From contig NC_087437.1 of the NCBI RefSeq assembly GCF_036321535.1, positions 29,886,001 to 29,950,000 on the forward strand: a stretch of 64,000 nucleotides of DNA, in the 5' to 3' direction. The notes under the pieces are model-generated. The model saw nothing but the letters and a program-made list of their open reading frames with translations. It had not been told where the DNA came from and did not search any database. The translations under genes were made by a program, and so were the position numbers. Positions 13,469 through 25,570 of this stretch are shown here, piece after piece; within the stretch, counting starts at the first letter, position 1; each line of letters begins with the position of its first letter. Origin of the DNA: Camelus dromedarius (taxonomy: Eukaryota).

Positions 13469-13621
13469 GGGAGGGTATATCTCAAGTGGTAGAGCGCATG
13501 CTTAGCATGCATGAGGTCCTGGGTTCAATCCCCAGTACCTCCTCTAAAGCTGAATAAATAAATAAACCTAATTACCTCCCTCTCCCTCCAAAAAAAAAAA
13601 AAAAAAAAGAAAAATTTAAAA
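13469..13621 (+). mobile_element. tRNA-Ala(AGC)-derived SINE (camelid Vic-1 type)
   Basis: ggggagggtatatctcaagtggtagagcgcatgcttagcatgcatgaggtcctgggttcaatccccagtacctcc (A/B boxes) + aataaataaataaacctaattacctccc + A tail; TSD aaaagttata..attgg. Confidence 0.9.
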
Positions 13622-13779
13622 AAAGTTATAATTGGATATACCTTCATTTGGCCCTCTTTGAACTCAATTTTACCATCAGAAAAACTGCACTATAAACATA
13701 TCAAAAGAAAACCCAGTAGCCATTTTTCTTGATCTTTTTATTCATATCATATCATCTACAAATATAATAACCTCTAGTA

Positions 13780-14055
13780 ATAATGATGATGATGGTGGTA
13801 ATTAAAGTAATTTTGTCATTCATTGAGGGCCTACTATATGCCAGGCACTCATAAAGAACTTTGCATGCATTACCATTGAACCCTTGCAACAGCCTTGTGA
13901 CATTGTTGGCATTACCCTAATTTTACTGATGAGGAAACTGAGGCTTATAGAGGCGGGGTAGGTGGTTTGCCCGAGGTCACATAGCTAGTAAGGAACAGAT
14001 ACAGGATTTGAAACCAAGTTTACCCACTTGTGAAGTCTCTCCTCTTATTTAACCA
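13780..14055 (-). mobile_element. MIR SINE
   Basis: gatgaggaaactgaggc...ttgcccgaggtcacatagctagtaag core. Confidence 0.85.
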
Positions 14056-14256
14056 TCTCCTGGATTTACGTGGAACCCCTTCATTTAAAAAGACTATTTC
14101 CTAATTCTGTAATTGGATTTTAATGTCATATTTATACTCATCCGTAATACTGTGTTCAGTGTTGTTATGCTTGCTAAAGTATATGGCTGGGCATTGGTTT
14201 TATTTTACTTAGTACAACAAATCAATTGACTTTGCTCTTCTTTTACTTTATTGCAG

Positions 14257-14331
14257 ACCATCTGTCAAAAGACACCTAAGGACTCTCCAAAGTATGAAGT
14301 CTGCAAAAGGGCCTTGAAGGAAGTAGGCAAG
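14257..14331 (+). CDS. ARHGEF26: ARHGEF26 coding exon, DH domain
   Basis: ttgcag / gtaact; 75 nt, phase 0-0; TICQKTPKDSPKYEVCKRALKEVGK. Confidence 0.95.
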
Positions 14332-14559
14332 GTAACTGTGAACCACTCATACACCTCTGAAGAGAACATACCCGGGTTTGATGCTGAAAACTGGTAGCTT
14401 CTCACAGCTGTTTGCACACCATTCCTTAGGTGGCTGAAAAAACAAAATAATGTTTGCTGTACTCAAATGAAATTGGCATTTTTACCATTTCAGGTAGTCT
14501 TGGCTTAAGGGCCTTTAGATATCTTATTTTCTTTTGGTGTCTGAATAGCTGTTTATTTA

Positions 14560-15330
14560 TTCTCTCATTCACCAAATATTTATTAAGTATCAACTGCAGT
14601 GCCAGCCCCTGAAAATATGGGGATGAATAAGACGGATGTGGTTACAGCCCTCATGGAATGCGCCGTGTGCAGGGGAAGGCAGACATTAAATAAGAATTAC
14701 AGTAAAGGATGGTGAGTGACATGAAAGAGAAGGACATAGTAACTGCAGTTGAAACCTGCAGCAAGAGTAGCCGTGGGCCCGGGACGGGGGGAAGAGGGTC
14801 TCAGGTGTTCGTAGAGACCCAGAGGCAGAAACGCGCTGGTAGAATTGGGAGAGCTGGACTGTTGTTAACGTGACTAGAGCCCAGTCCAGGAGAGAGTGCA
14901 CTAAGGAGCCGAGTTAGGGGGCTGTGGACCTTGTCCTGGGGTGATGTGGAAGCTGTGAGGATGGCCGTGGGGCTAGGGCGCAGTTACGAGGCCTGTATAA
15001 TTGGTCAGGCCAGAGATGCCAGTGGTCTACGCTGATGCGATAGTAAGATGGAGGGAAGCAAAGCTGCAACTCTGGGGAGGTGGGCCTGGAGATCATCTGG
15101 ATGGGCATATATGTGGACAGAATTCAAGGCAGAAAGTTTCTGGCTTGGGTGGCCAGATGGATACGCTTATTTATCTCTGGAGTAGATGCACAGGGGGAAG
15201 CTGATGGCTCCACTTTGGATGTGTTGTAACTGAGATCCCTAGAGGATACCCGGGTCAGGAGGTCAGTGGAGAGACTGGAACTGGAGACAGGGCCAGGCCC
15301 AGGGGAGCAAAGCTGATGATCGCACCAGGC
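14560..15330 (-). mobile_element. L2 fragment
   Basis: cattcaccaaatatttattaagt L2 3' end followed by purine-rich L2-like sequence. Confidence 0.65.
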
Positions 15331-15546
15331 GCTTCCTAAACATCTCGAAGGTGCGTACCTACCACCTCTGAGTTTGGGATGTCTTTGTACCACTTTACTG
15401 TGAAAAGTACTGTTTCTTTTAAGCAACTTTAAATGGACTATTTTACTTATCCTCATCCTTGCCAATCATAAATACAAAGTCATGGGTTTTATGAGCTAGT
15501 TGTTTATTTTTCTAACATACATTTTTATATTAAAAATAAGTTTGTC

Positions 15547-15890
15547 TGCATCTTGGTTCATTTGGGCTGCTAGAGCCAAACACCGCACCACAAATGGGGT
15601 GGCTTATAAACAACAGAAATTTATTCCTCACCGTCCTGGAGGCTGGAAGTCCAAGATCAAGGTGCCACCACGGTCAGCTGAGCACCCTCTTCCTGCCACG
15701 TTGCAGATTTCCCCTTGTAGCCTCACGCAGCTGAAGGGAGCAAGGGTAAAGCACTAGTCCCATTAGTGAGGGCTCCATCCTCACGGCTTTGAGCACCTCC
15801 CGAAGTCCCCACTTCCTAATACCATCAACTTTGGGGGTTAAGATTTCAACATGTATTTTGGGGTGGATACAAACACTCAAACCCATAGCA
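15547..15890 (-). mobile_element. MaLR LTR (MLT1A-like)
   Basis: ggtggcttataaacaacagaaatttattcctcac..ggaggctggaagtccaagatcaaggtgcc...aaacccatagca. Confidence 0.85.
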
Positions 15891-16550
15891 ATCTGTCAAC
15901 CTGTTAAATGCATCGCCTGCTCCATCAGCAGTCTGCATATCTCACTTTAGGAAACACTAAGTGAAGAAACTTAGCCCAACAGGTGTGACGTTATCTAAGG
16001 TCCTACTGCCTCTGGGTCTCTTCTCCAGGACCCCAAATCCTTTTGGGGAGGGGAGGGTCTTTAGGAGAGAAGTTTGAGCCTCGGACATGAAAGAGAGTGT
16101 GTCAAAGTTTGTTTGGTTGTTTCTGAGAAGCTGGAAAAGAATTCACAGAGAAGAGAAAGGAGGAAGGTAGTAGGAGTTGGTTGTTGAGTTGGACTGGCAA
16201 TGATACTTAATTTTTTTGAGAATTTCACGTCCCAGTGACAGGAGAATGCTATGTCCCTTCAGACATCCCTGGTCCACTTGATTGGACACTGGTGCTTTTA
16301 GGTAAGGCCGCAAAAATGCACTGTAACTGCCTTAGCTTGACGCGTACTTTATGAAGGACCCTCTGTGAGGAAGTGCGTCCCAGTGACACTTTTTTGTCTC
16401 CATAGGGCAGCATCTCTTTCTCTCTCTTAAGCAGGGGTCGTGAATATCAGAATTATTCCCCAGTCTCCTAGCGTTCCAGGGAACTGAGTTCATCAAAATA
16501 GCTAGCTCAGGGATTCACCTTCTTCATTTGTGAATGTACTGATGGGTTTT

Positions 16551-16682
16551 TTTTTGGGGGGGGGGGTAATTAGGTTTATTTATTTTTATTTATTTATTTT
16601 TTGATAGAGATACTGGGGAGTGAACCTGGGACCTCATTCATGCTAAGCACATGCTCTACCACTGAGCTATACCCTGCCCTCC
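16551..16682 (-). mobile_element. Vic-1-type tRNA-Ala SINE
   Basis: Reverse complement of the 13469 element (gtaattaggtttattt...catgctaagcacatgctctaccactgagctataccc); TSD gatggg(g)tttt. Confidence 0.88.
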
Positions 16683-17494
16683 AGATGGGGTTTTATAGAT
16701 TCTGTATTTGTAACAGAAAGATTGTGTATATATAGCATTTATGATTCACAATCAAAATGCAAAATTTCACTTGTTTGTTTGATCTGAAATGAAGGAAATT
16801 GAGAGTTCCTAGTATTTATTTTAGGGAGTGAAACTTTGTGTGTTGAGGCCCCAGTTTTTAGAACCAGACTGCACTTAAGGCCCTTGGGCAAGTCTGTCTA
16901 GATAATTATTCATTCTTAGAAAAAATGAGTAATATCCTTTTTGGTAATTAGGATGCTAATGAAATTTCTTTGCATAGTGTGAATAATATTTCGGTGAAAT
17001 GGCTCAAATGTGATGCTGAAATGATGGTGACAACTTAGTGAATTTGGGACTTTTGGAAACTTATTGACCTAGTCAAACAAGTGAAAAACGAGAGATGTTT
17101 CTATTAACTGAAACGTGTTTGCTTCCTGATTTTCTGCTCACATGCTGGGGCGGACCCAGGGGGAGGGAAATTTCCAGGGAATCTGATAGTTCAGCTTGTG
17201 CAAAGTGGTGTCTGGTTTATAAGGAGTGGTGGACAAGAGATGGTGTCTTATGCCAATGACATCTTCCCTGCTGTGTTCTTCTGTTTACTCTCCTATGGAA
17301 AGAGAATAACTGCTTTAACTCTCACCTCATAAAAATTCTGCTTGTATTTGGAGATAGTATTAAGTTACAAGCTTTCCTTCTCATCGCCAAGTTCTCTCTG
17401 ATCTTTTCCTGTAACTTATTGCTTCAGCTGTTTACGAAGAGGTAGATATAGATGTATTAGCATGAAAAGATCTCTAAGATATATATATATACAT

Positions 17495-17793
17495 ATTTTT
17501 TTTTTTAAACTGTGGTCAGTTACAGTGTGTCAGTCTCTGGTTTACAGCATAATGTCCCAGTCATGCATATACATACATATGTTTGTTTTCCTATTCTTTT
17601 TCCTTAAAAGTTATTGAAAGATTGTAATAATATAATAACTCCCTGTGCTAAACAGAAGAAATTTGTTTTTTTAATCTATTTTTATGTACAGTGGTTAGTA
17701 TTTGCAAATCTTGAACTCCCAAATTCATCCCTTCTCACCCCTTTTCTCCTCCGGTAACCATAAGATTGTTTTACTGTGTCTGCGAGTCTGTAT
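17495..17793 (-). mobile_element. L1 3' end
   Basis: Similar to the 7560 and 24948 copies; T tail at left. Confidence 0.8.
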
Positions 17794-20700
17794 TGTTAAG
17801 TGAAGAACATGAATTTGCAGAACAGTGTGATGACATCTAGATAATGAAGTGTGTTTATATTCATGTGCACGTCATCGGTTCATAGGGAGAGTCCCAGACT
17901 CAGACACATCAAACTTTCAACCATGGTTACCGATGGTGAAGGGAGAGGAGTGTGGAAGAGAGGAATTAATTTTTTATTTTTCTCTCTAAGTCGTGCTCTG
18001 AAAGAATGCACTTCAGGTTGAAAAAAATACGTTTTTTTAAAAAAGTAGTAAGTATCCATTACAGAAAAATTTAAACAAGAGAAAATAAAATGTATCAGTA
18101 ACCTTATTAAAGATAATGACTATTCTCATTTTATTGCAAGTCCTTGCAGAGGGTGTAAGTGTACACTTAAACATGGATTCACATGGTACCCATTTCATTT
18201 ACTCTTCCAAATAGTGCTGCCTGGAATATTGCCTTACATAAATGGTTGTGCTTGTGTGATATTTCTGTCGATGTGTTTCTGGAAGTGGGTTTATTGGGGA
18301 AAAAAAGGTAGGGAAGTTTTAAAGGCCCCCAAGTGCCTTCAAGAAGGGTTTCCCCAGGGTTTGTCACCACCAGAAGTATTTCTAAGTGTCTATTGACTGC
18401 ACACTCCCCAGCGTCAAATATTCTTTTAATCTTTATATGACAGATTGAAAATACTGTCTTTTTGTTTAAATTTATATTTCTTCATGAGAGAGATGGAGCT
18501 CTTTTTTTCCGCCATGTACATTTGGCCTAAAACAAAAAATCAGTGAGCCAAATTTAATAAAGCTTTGACAGATGCTGGAGGAAGGCACAACTTTAATATA
18601 TTGAGACTGATTTTAATAAATACACCCGAGCACACATATTCAAATTACTGCTTGTCCCTTCAAAATAGTCAATAAATAGAGCCCACTGATGATCTCATTG
18701 CTTAAGACATCTTGGGAACTTTCTTGTTTTCAGTATGCCTTCTGGAGTGGTGGCTCATGGAATTGGTTTTTAGAAGTTTAGGAAATAAAGATGCTAACCC
18801 AAACTTGATAATGCCATTTTTCTCTTTCATTTTAAGGTGGGATAACTATAAAGGAATTTTCCCCCACCCCCCACTTTTTTTAATTGACTTGTTAAGTTAT
18901 CTCTGAAGGCAGTTTACACAGAAACATTTGCTGAATGTTCATTGCGTCTTAGGTGCTGAGCTGGGTTCTGAGCTTACAAATTTGAAATCTCACCATCTCT
19001 GCTCTCCAGTCTTTTTAGAGAGGTCGTACCCAAGATGAGTCCCCTGAAAGACAGGAAGATAATAATGAGTCGTGGGACAGAGTAGGGTGAAGGGTGTTCA
19101 GGCAGACGGAAACTCACATGCAAACTGTGAGGGGCAGGACAGAGTGTGGTGCTTTGGCCAGAAATGTGGTAGGACTGAGGCCCCGGATAAAATCAGTGAG
19201 CGCTTAGGGATCAATTAAGTGGTCTTGCTTTGAGGGGCTTTTTCAGGATTTTAAGCTGAGGAGTTTCATGATCAGATTTGAACTTAGAAAGACTGAGAGT
19301 GTTACTTTGGAGGACGGCGGAGGGTAGGGCAGAAGTGATGGTAGGGAATTTGGAGACCAATAATCAGGGGAGAGGGGTTTGAGCCTGAGTGCAGGGGGGC
19401 AGGGCAAACTGTGAATGGATGGCAGGATAGCGACATTAAGGAGATTTTATGAACCGTTTGGACGTGGGGGACAAAGGAGAGGGAGACATCTGAGGACCTG
19501 GTGGTTTTTTGGCTTAAGGAAGTGGGTGGTGCTGGGATTGGTTACTGACAGAGAGAACGTGGGGCCGGGGAGGGGGGTGATGCAGGTGGTGTGCAGGTTT
19601 GGTCATTCCCTTTCTGAGTTTGAGGTGGCTGTGGGACAGCCAAGAAGAGACACCCTCCAGGTAGTAGGATGTAGAGCTTAGGGAGCAGACCAAGTCTGGG
19701 AGCACAGATTTGGGAACTAGGAACACATTCTTCGAGAGAAATCATAAAAATGTCCTGAACAATGGCTGCCAGATTGGATTTTGTTCTGCTCAGTCTTAAT
19801 CTTTTTAGGATATTTTACGTGCAAGTTGCCCGTAAGCCCAGCCAGGATATTTCCAGCTCCTAGCTTTGATCGGGGGAGTCATCAGTCCCTGCATCAGTGA
19901 ACTCTGCAGACTGTTCATACCTAAAGATATGCTGTAACCGAAGACGGGCATACCCTGCAAACCTGGAATAGCTGTTAAGCAGTTGAAAGCTGTTTAAGGA
20001 TTCATCACTGAGGGACTGAATAAATACCTTGAGGAGAGCACATGGGATCATAGCGTAAATTGGGCCATATCACTCCTCTGCTGAAGCCTGCTGGTGGCTT
20101 CCCTTTGCACTGAGGGTATAATCCACAGGCCGTAAGAACTTGCATGCTTTCACCCCGGCCTGCCTGGACCACTGTTCTCCCTTGATTCCTTTGATTTGGG
20201 TGCTAACTCCCTCTTTTCCTTCAGCGTTCAGCTTCAGTGACCTCTCGGGAAAGACCTCTGGCTCCCGCCCGTCTCATCCCCGACTCCCCATGTTTTGTTG
20301 TTGTGTTTTCCCTTAAGATCTCAGTCTGTAATTACTGTGTCCGTCCTTTTATGAGGACAGGGATTCTGTATCTCTTAAGTGCTAGCAACCCTAGTACCTG
20401 ACACATGCCAGGTGCAAAATAAACTTTTTTTCCCAGTGAATGTTATATTTATAAGGGGAAATATTGGTAAATAAAAAAAATCGAGTCACAGACAAGCACT
20501 GAATGATCCACTTACAAAAAAAGGAAGAATTTTTACACATTATATGTGTTTATATGTTCATATAAGCAAAGGAAAACCTGCTTCCAGTTACGACCACAGA
20601 ACAGGATTAGGTCAGAGCCTTTAATGGCCTGTTTTATTTACTTATGTATCATCATTTTTTCACAGTAGGCATGTATTACCTAATAAAGCATAAATATTAA

Positions 20701-20894
20701 AAATATTAAAGATAATATTTAATATTGAAATAAGTCTAATCAGAATTTCCCACTTCTGTTTTTAACAACCACATTTGTCTTTATGGCCAATGATCCTTGC
20801 TATGGACATTTTTTACAGATTTTTCAGTTAATAAGAATTTGGAAATACGAAGTTTGTTTGGTTTAGGCCAGTAAACTAAGTAGGTGTTAGGTAC

Positions 20895-21872
20895 AGTGTA
20901 AAGGAGAAACTCCATGTGTCTCCTCTGCTCTCAGCACTCTCCCAACAGAACACTTCACTTCTGACACTTCTGGTCACCAGATGTGCGGGGGCTTCCCGCA
21001 CACCAAGCATTTCTGCGGTACCAGCTGGGTGTCTTGGTGTATTCAGGTCAGTTCTCTTTCCATCTGGACGTAGCATCAGATCCTACAGGCTAAGGGCTCA
21101 GTCCCACAAGACTACGTCCCTCAACTTCACTTCCGTTACTAATCACAAGTCCAGGTTTTTACCTGAGCTTCTGACCCAACCAGAGTCTCTCTTGACTCCC
21201 TCCTTGGGTTTGATTAATTTGCTAGAGGGGCTCACAGAACTCTGGGAAACAGTTTACTTACTAGATTAGCAGTTAAGGGTATTAAAGGATACGAATGAAT
21301 AGCCAGATGAAGAGACAGGGTGAGGTCCAGAAGGGTTCTGAGCACACAGAGGGTTTGTCCACACGGAGTTGGAGATGCACCCCTCCAGCACGAGCATGTG
21401 CTCTTGTTCATCAACCCGGAAGCTCTCCAAATCCAAAGGTCAAAAATATTTATGGAGGCTTTGTTACGTAGGCATGATTTATTAAATCACTAGCCAGTAG
21501 AGATCAAGTCGATCACCAGCCCCTCTCCCCTCCCTGGAGGTCTGGCGGTACTGCTTTAAGTTCCAGCCTTCTCTCTCATCACTTGGTTGATTCCCCTAGC
21601 AACCAGCCCCATCCTTTGCGGCTTTTCAAAAGTCATCTCATTAACATAAACTCAGATGTGGTTGAAAGGGGCTTGTTATGAATAACAAAAGATACCCATT
21701 TCACTTTAATGCCCTGGAGCTATTTTAGGAACTGGTAACAAAATCAATTATAGCCAAAGGTGCCCTGATGGCTCTCGTATAGGAAATTGCAAGGGTTTTT
21801 AGGGGCTATGTGCCAGAAACCATGGACAAAGACAAAATACATATTTTGTTTATTATAAACCATGATACCACA
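20895..21872 (-). mobile_element. Solo ERVL-type LTR, MER21-like
   Basis: Minus strand starts tgtggtatcatggtttataataaac...ggtttctggcacatagcccctaaaaacccttgcaatttcc (MER21 5' end); 5-bp TSD ggtac at 20890-20894 and 21873-21877. Confidence 0.8.
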
Positions 21873-22482
21873 GGTACTCATCAAAGGACTGTGATGCATT
21901 CTGTTTGCAGATAATTCAGTAGTTCTCATTGAACTGAATTTCCCTCAGCTTGGCCATCCTTGAAGAACTGACCGTCAAGTTCCACCAGAAGTCTTCCCTC
22001 TTCCCGGGATCCCCGTTACTGGTCTTACCCTTTGCACGTAGCCTTCTGCTAAGAGTTTGCCTTTGAAGTTGGTAGTCTGCCTTCAGCTGCTCCAGTCTGA
22101 AGTGGGGAGAGACTTGCAGCTCGCCCTGAGGGTGGTGAGGTTGCTGTGGGTGGAGGCGAGGAGGAAAGGAACAGAATGGACGCAGACCCGGACATGTGAG
22201 GAGCCTGCCTAGTGTCTGTGGAGGGCGTGTGTGATAATGTGCAGAGGATGCGTGTCCCTGAAAATTCTCAAGACATTTCTTTCCCTCTGTCTTTACATCC
22301 TGATGACAGCACTTGTAACTGGGTACAGTGTCTCAACTGTATGCAACTGTGCGTTCTCTAACTGTCTGGAATGCGTCTCTGGCGCTTCCAAAGGGCTAAT
22401 TACTTCCCGCGAGAGATCTGCATTTGAAAGTGAGGTTTCTCTCCTTCACCCCTTAACCCTCCTTATTATTCTGTGCTTGCAG

Positions 22483-22572
22483 TTGGTTCGACTCTGCAAT
22501 GAAGGAGCCCGGAAGATGGAAAGGACTGAAATGATGTACACGATTAACTCCCAGCTGGAATTCAAAATTAAG
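22483..22572 (+). CDS. ARHGEF26: ARHGEF26 coding exon, end of DH and DH-PH linker
   Basis: ttgcag / gtattc; 90 nt, phase 0-0; LVRLCNEGARKMERTEMMYTINSQLEFKIK. Confidence 0.95.
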
Positions 22573-23562
22573 GTATTCTCTCATACTGCCCCATAAACAG
22601 ATTTATTACCGCTCTTGCTTAAATCTTACATGAATAGAGAGATAGTTGAGGGCAACAGCACAGAGAGGAATTTGCTTTTCAAAGAAGGGCCATAAATTGA
22701 TTACAGAGAGGCTGGCAGAGGGAGCAGCAGATGCTTCCCTCTGGGCAGTTCTGCCCCTGCTGATACCCGATAAAGTGCCCTTTCTCTAGGCTGCAGAGTA
22801 AGGGGCACTTTTTTTTCCCCCTAGGAAGACAACAAATTTGAGAAAAGGGCAGTTAAGAATAATAGAATTTTAGAATGGAAAGGAAATTTCTTCAGTATTC
22901 TCAAAGTGTCTTGTGAAACAGTGGTATCCCACGAGCTGGGCCAGGGTGTTCTCCTAAATCCAATAAGGACACTGCTTTCCCAGTTTGCAAAAAAGATTAA
23001 TAGTGGATCATTCTTTTCAGGTTCGCGCTTCTCCCACAGGTCTTTTCTGTGTCCGTGCTGCCTGTTACTGCCTATCTGGCCTTGTGCAGGGGCAGATGAC
23101 AGGGTGGACAAAGAAGAAAGTGACAATTGATGGCGAGGCTAGGTCTTGGTCAGCTGAGTTCTTAATGGCTGTGAGTGCTCACGGGTGCGATTCTGTTTCG
23201 TCTTTAAGCACCTTAAACTGACTGATATTTTTTTCATGGTAAAAGTGTGTCTGATGTGTGCAGTGGAATTAGAGTGCTCATGGTGTTATGCATGTAACTC
23301 TCTACCACGTCATAGAGTTCAAGGACCACTGATGCAATACAGCGATTCCCTTTTATTTTTTGTAATGAGGAAAATGCAGCCCAGAGAATAACTACTTGTT
23401 AACGGTAGTTTGGCTATTGGTGGCAGAATCAGGACTAGGGTCCAGATGTCTTCACTTGCTGATCAGCATAAACGCTTCCATTCTAACCCCTGACTGTAAC
23501 AGTTTACAGAAACTAATCCATAACTCTTAGAACAGAAGACAATGGGCACTTGCTAAAATCAG

Positions 23563-23565
<3 letters not shown>

Positions 23566-23610
<45 letters not shown>
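23566..23610. repeat. (CA)n microsatellite
   Basis: Perfect AC run, ~22 units. Confidence 0.95.
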
Positions 23611-23613
<3 letters not shown>

Positions 23614-24486
23614 AAAAAGTTCTAATGCCCTCGTATAGAATTTACAGCAGTTTCAAAACACATTTTTCCCATCCTTCAGAAAGTATCTTATCTTTCTCTT
23701 TTATTTTAGAAAGTGTATCTGCACATCAGAAGTTTTTTATCCCCTCCTTTTAAAACATGATAAATCTCTAACCATTTCCCTTTTCAAAGTTGATAAATCC
23801 CTTCCCCAACCATTTTTCTTTTTCCTTCTTCACTGATGATCATTTGGTTTAAGAAGCCTTTTAAAGCTCTATTTCTCTAGAACCAAAATTAATTTGTAGT
23901 TGAAAAATGCTTACCCTAAGGGTTCTTAAAAATAAGTGATTAACATCAGTCGAGTTCATGAGTTTTGGGTTGTTTGTTTTCTCTTGGTTCAGTGATTAGA
24001 AGTGAAAGCTTAAAGGAAAATATTCTAAGTTTAGATTTATAATGAAGGACTAAATTCAGACCACTTAGAAATATTACTAAAATCTTAGGACTTATTTCTA
24101 CAATACTTTATGGATAACAATGGACATTTTTAATTCAGTTCATTTTAAAAATGAGAAAATAGATGTTCAAAGAAGTGATTTGTCCAAGCACATACATACC
24201 ATGAAAATATTTATCGAGTATTTACTATGTGCTGTTTTCACATAACTTCATTTAATTCTCACAAGAACCCCATGAAATATCTTATTGTTTTCTAGTTTAG
24301 AGATTATAGTTTCCCCATTTTATAGTTGAGGAATACAGTGCTAGAAATATTAAATTATTTACTCAAAATCATACACCAAGAAGGATTGAAGCCTGGACTG
24401 AGACCTGCGACTGATGCAGGGTCCACATTCCTCACCATGATGGTACAAAAATGCTGGTCTTTATCTCACTTGAAGGGAGTAAAAGC

Positions 24487-24487
<1 letters not shown>

Positions 24488-24522
<35 letters not shown>
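24488..24522. repeat. (TG)n microsatellite
   Basis: Perfect TG run. Confidence 0.95.
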
Positions 24523-24524
<2 letters not shown>

Positions 24525-24689
24525 ATATTAGAGATATATACATATATAAAAATACATATATGTATGTATGCATAAACACATTTACATGTATTTCTCATTT
24601 TTAAGTTTGTAAGTTTCTGGGAGAATGTCATGTGCGACACATGGTTAATGTGAGGGCTGGAAAGAGTCCACTGGATTGGCACAGGGGCC

Positions 24690-24915
24690 AGTGTAAGTTA
24701 AACGCATGGACTATGGAAGCAGCCTGCCTGAGTTCCAGTTGTAGCTCCACCACTTACTAGCTGTATGACCTTGGGCATTACCTAACTTTCATTTCTCAGT
24801 TCTCTGAACTGTAAAATGGGGCAGATAATGATACTTTACCTCATGGAGTTATTGTAAAGTTTAAATTAATTAATAGACATAAAGGGCTTGGAATAGGCCA
24901 TACCTGATTCATAAT
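24690..24915 (+). mobile_element. MIR SINE
   Basis: ctccaccacttactagctgtatgaccttgggca...ctgtaaaatgggg. Confidence 0.85.
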
Positions 24916-24947
24916 AAACAAATGGTTAATGCCACGCAGGTGCTTAA

Positions 24948-25570
24948 TTTTTTATTTTTTTTAATTGAAATATAGTCAGTTTACAATGTTGTGTCAATTT
25001 CTGGTGTACAGCATAATAGTTCAGACATGCATATACTTACATATATTCCTTTTCATATTCTTTTTCATTATAGGTTACTACAAGATATTGAATATAGTTC
25101 CCTGTGCTGTACAGAAGAAATTTACTTTTTATCTATTTTATATATAGTAGTTAGTATTTGCAAATCTCAAACTCCCCATTTATCCCTTCCCACCCTCCTC
25201 CTCCACTGGTAACCATAAATTTGTTCTCTATGTCTGTGAATCTGTTTCTGTTTTGTAAATAAGTTCATTTATGTCTCCTTTTTTTTAAAATTCCACATGA
25301 GTGGTATCATATGGTATTTTTCTTTCTCTTTCTGGCTTACTTCACATAGAATGACAATCTCTAGGTCCATCCATGTTGCTGCAAATGGCATTATTCTATT
25401 CTTTTTTTTTTTTTTACAGCTGAGTAGTATTCCATTGTATAAGTACACAACATCATCTGATATAAGTCTTAGCAATGTTCTTCTAGGGCAGTCTACCCAG
25501 GCAGTAGAAATAAAAGCAAAAATAAACAAATGGGACTTAATTAAACTTACAAGCTTTTGCACAGCAAAGG
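24948..25570 (-). mobile_element. L1 3' end with 5' inversion
   Basis: Minus-strand L1 3' end 24948-25454 joined to a plus-strand ORF2 piece SDISLSNVLLGQSTQAVEIKAKINKWDLIKLTSFCTAK (25456-25570). Confidence 0.88.

Noticed and set aside
13469..13545. Apparent tRNA-Ala gene
   Set aside because: Followed by a SINE tail, poly-A and TSD, with two diverged copies elsewhere in the window; it is a SINE, not a tRNA gene
19882..20019. 9-bp inverted repeat (tcagtccct / agggactga) suggesting a MITE or pre-miRNA
   Set aside because: Pairing does not extend convincingly and there is no clear TSD; 9-bp inverted matches at this spacing are expected by chance in 64 kb
22445..22580. U12-like signals (ccttaac before the acceptor; gtattctc donor)
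   Set aside because: They belong to different introns. The intron with the ccttaac branch has a U2 donor (gtaact), and gtattctc deviates from GTATCCTT with no U12 branch site at its acceptor
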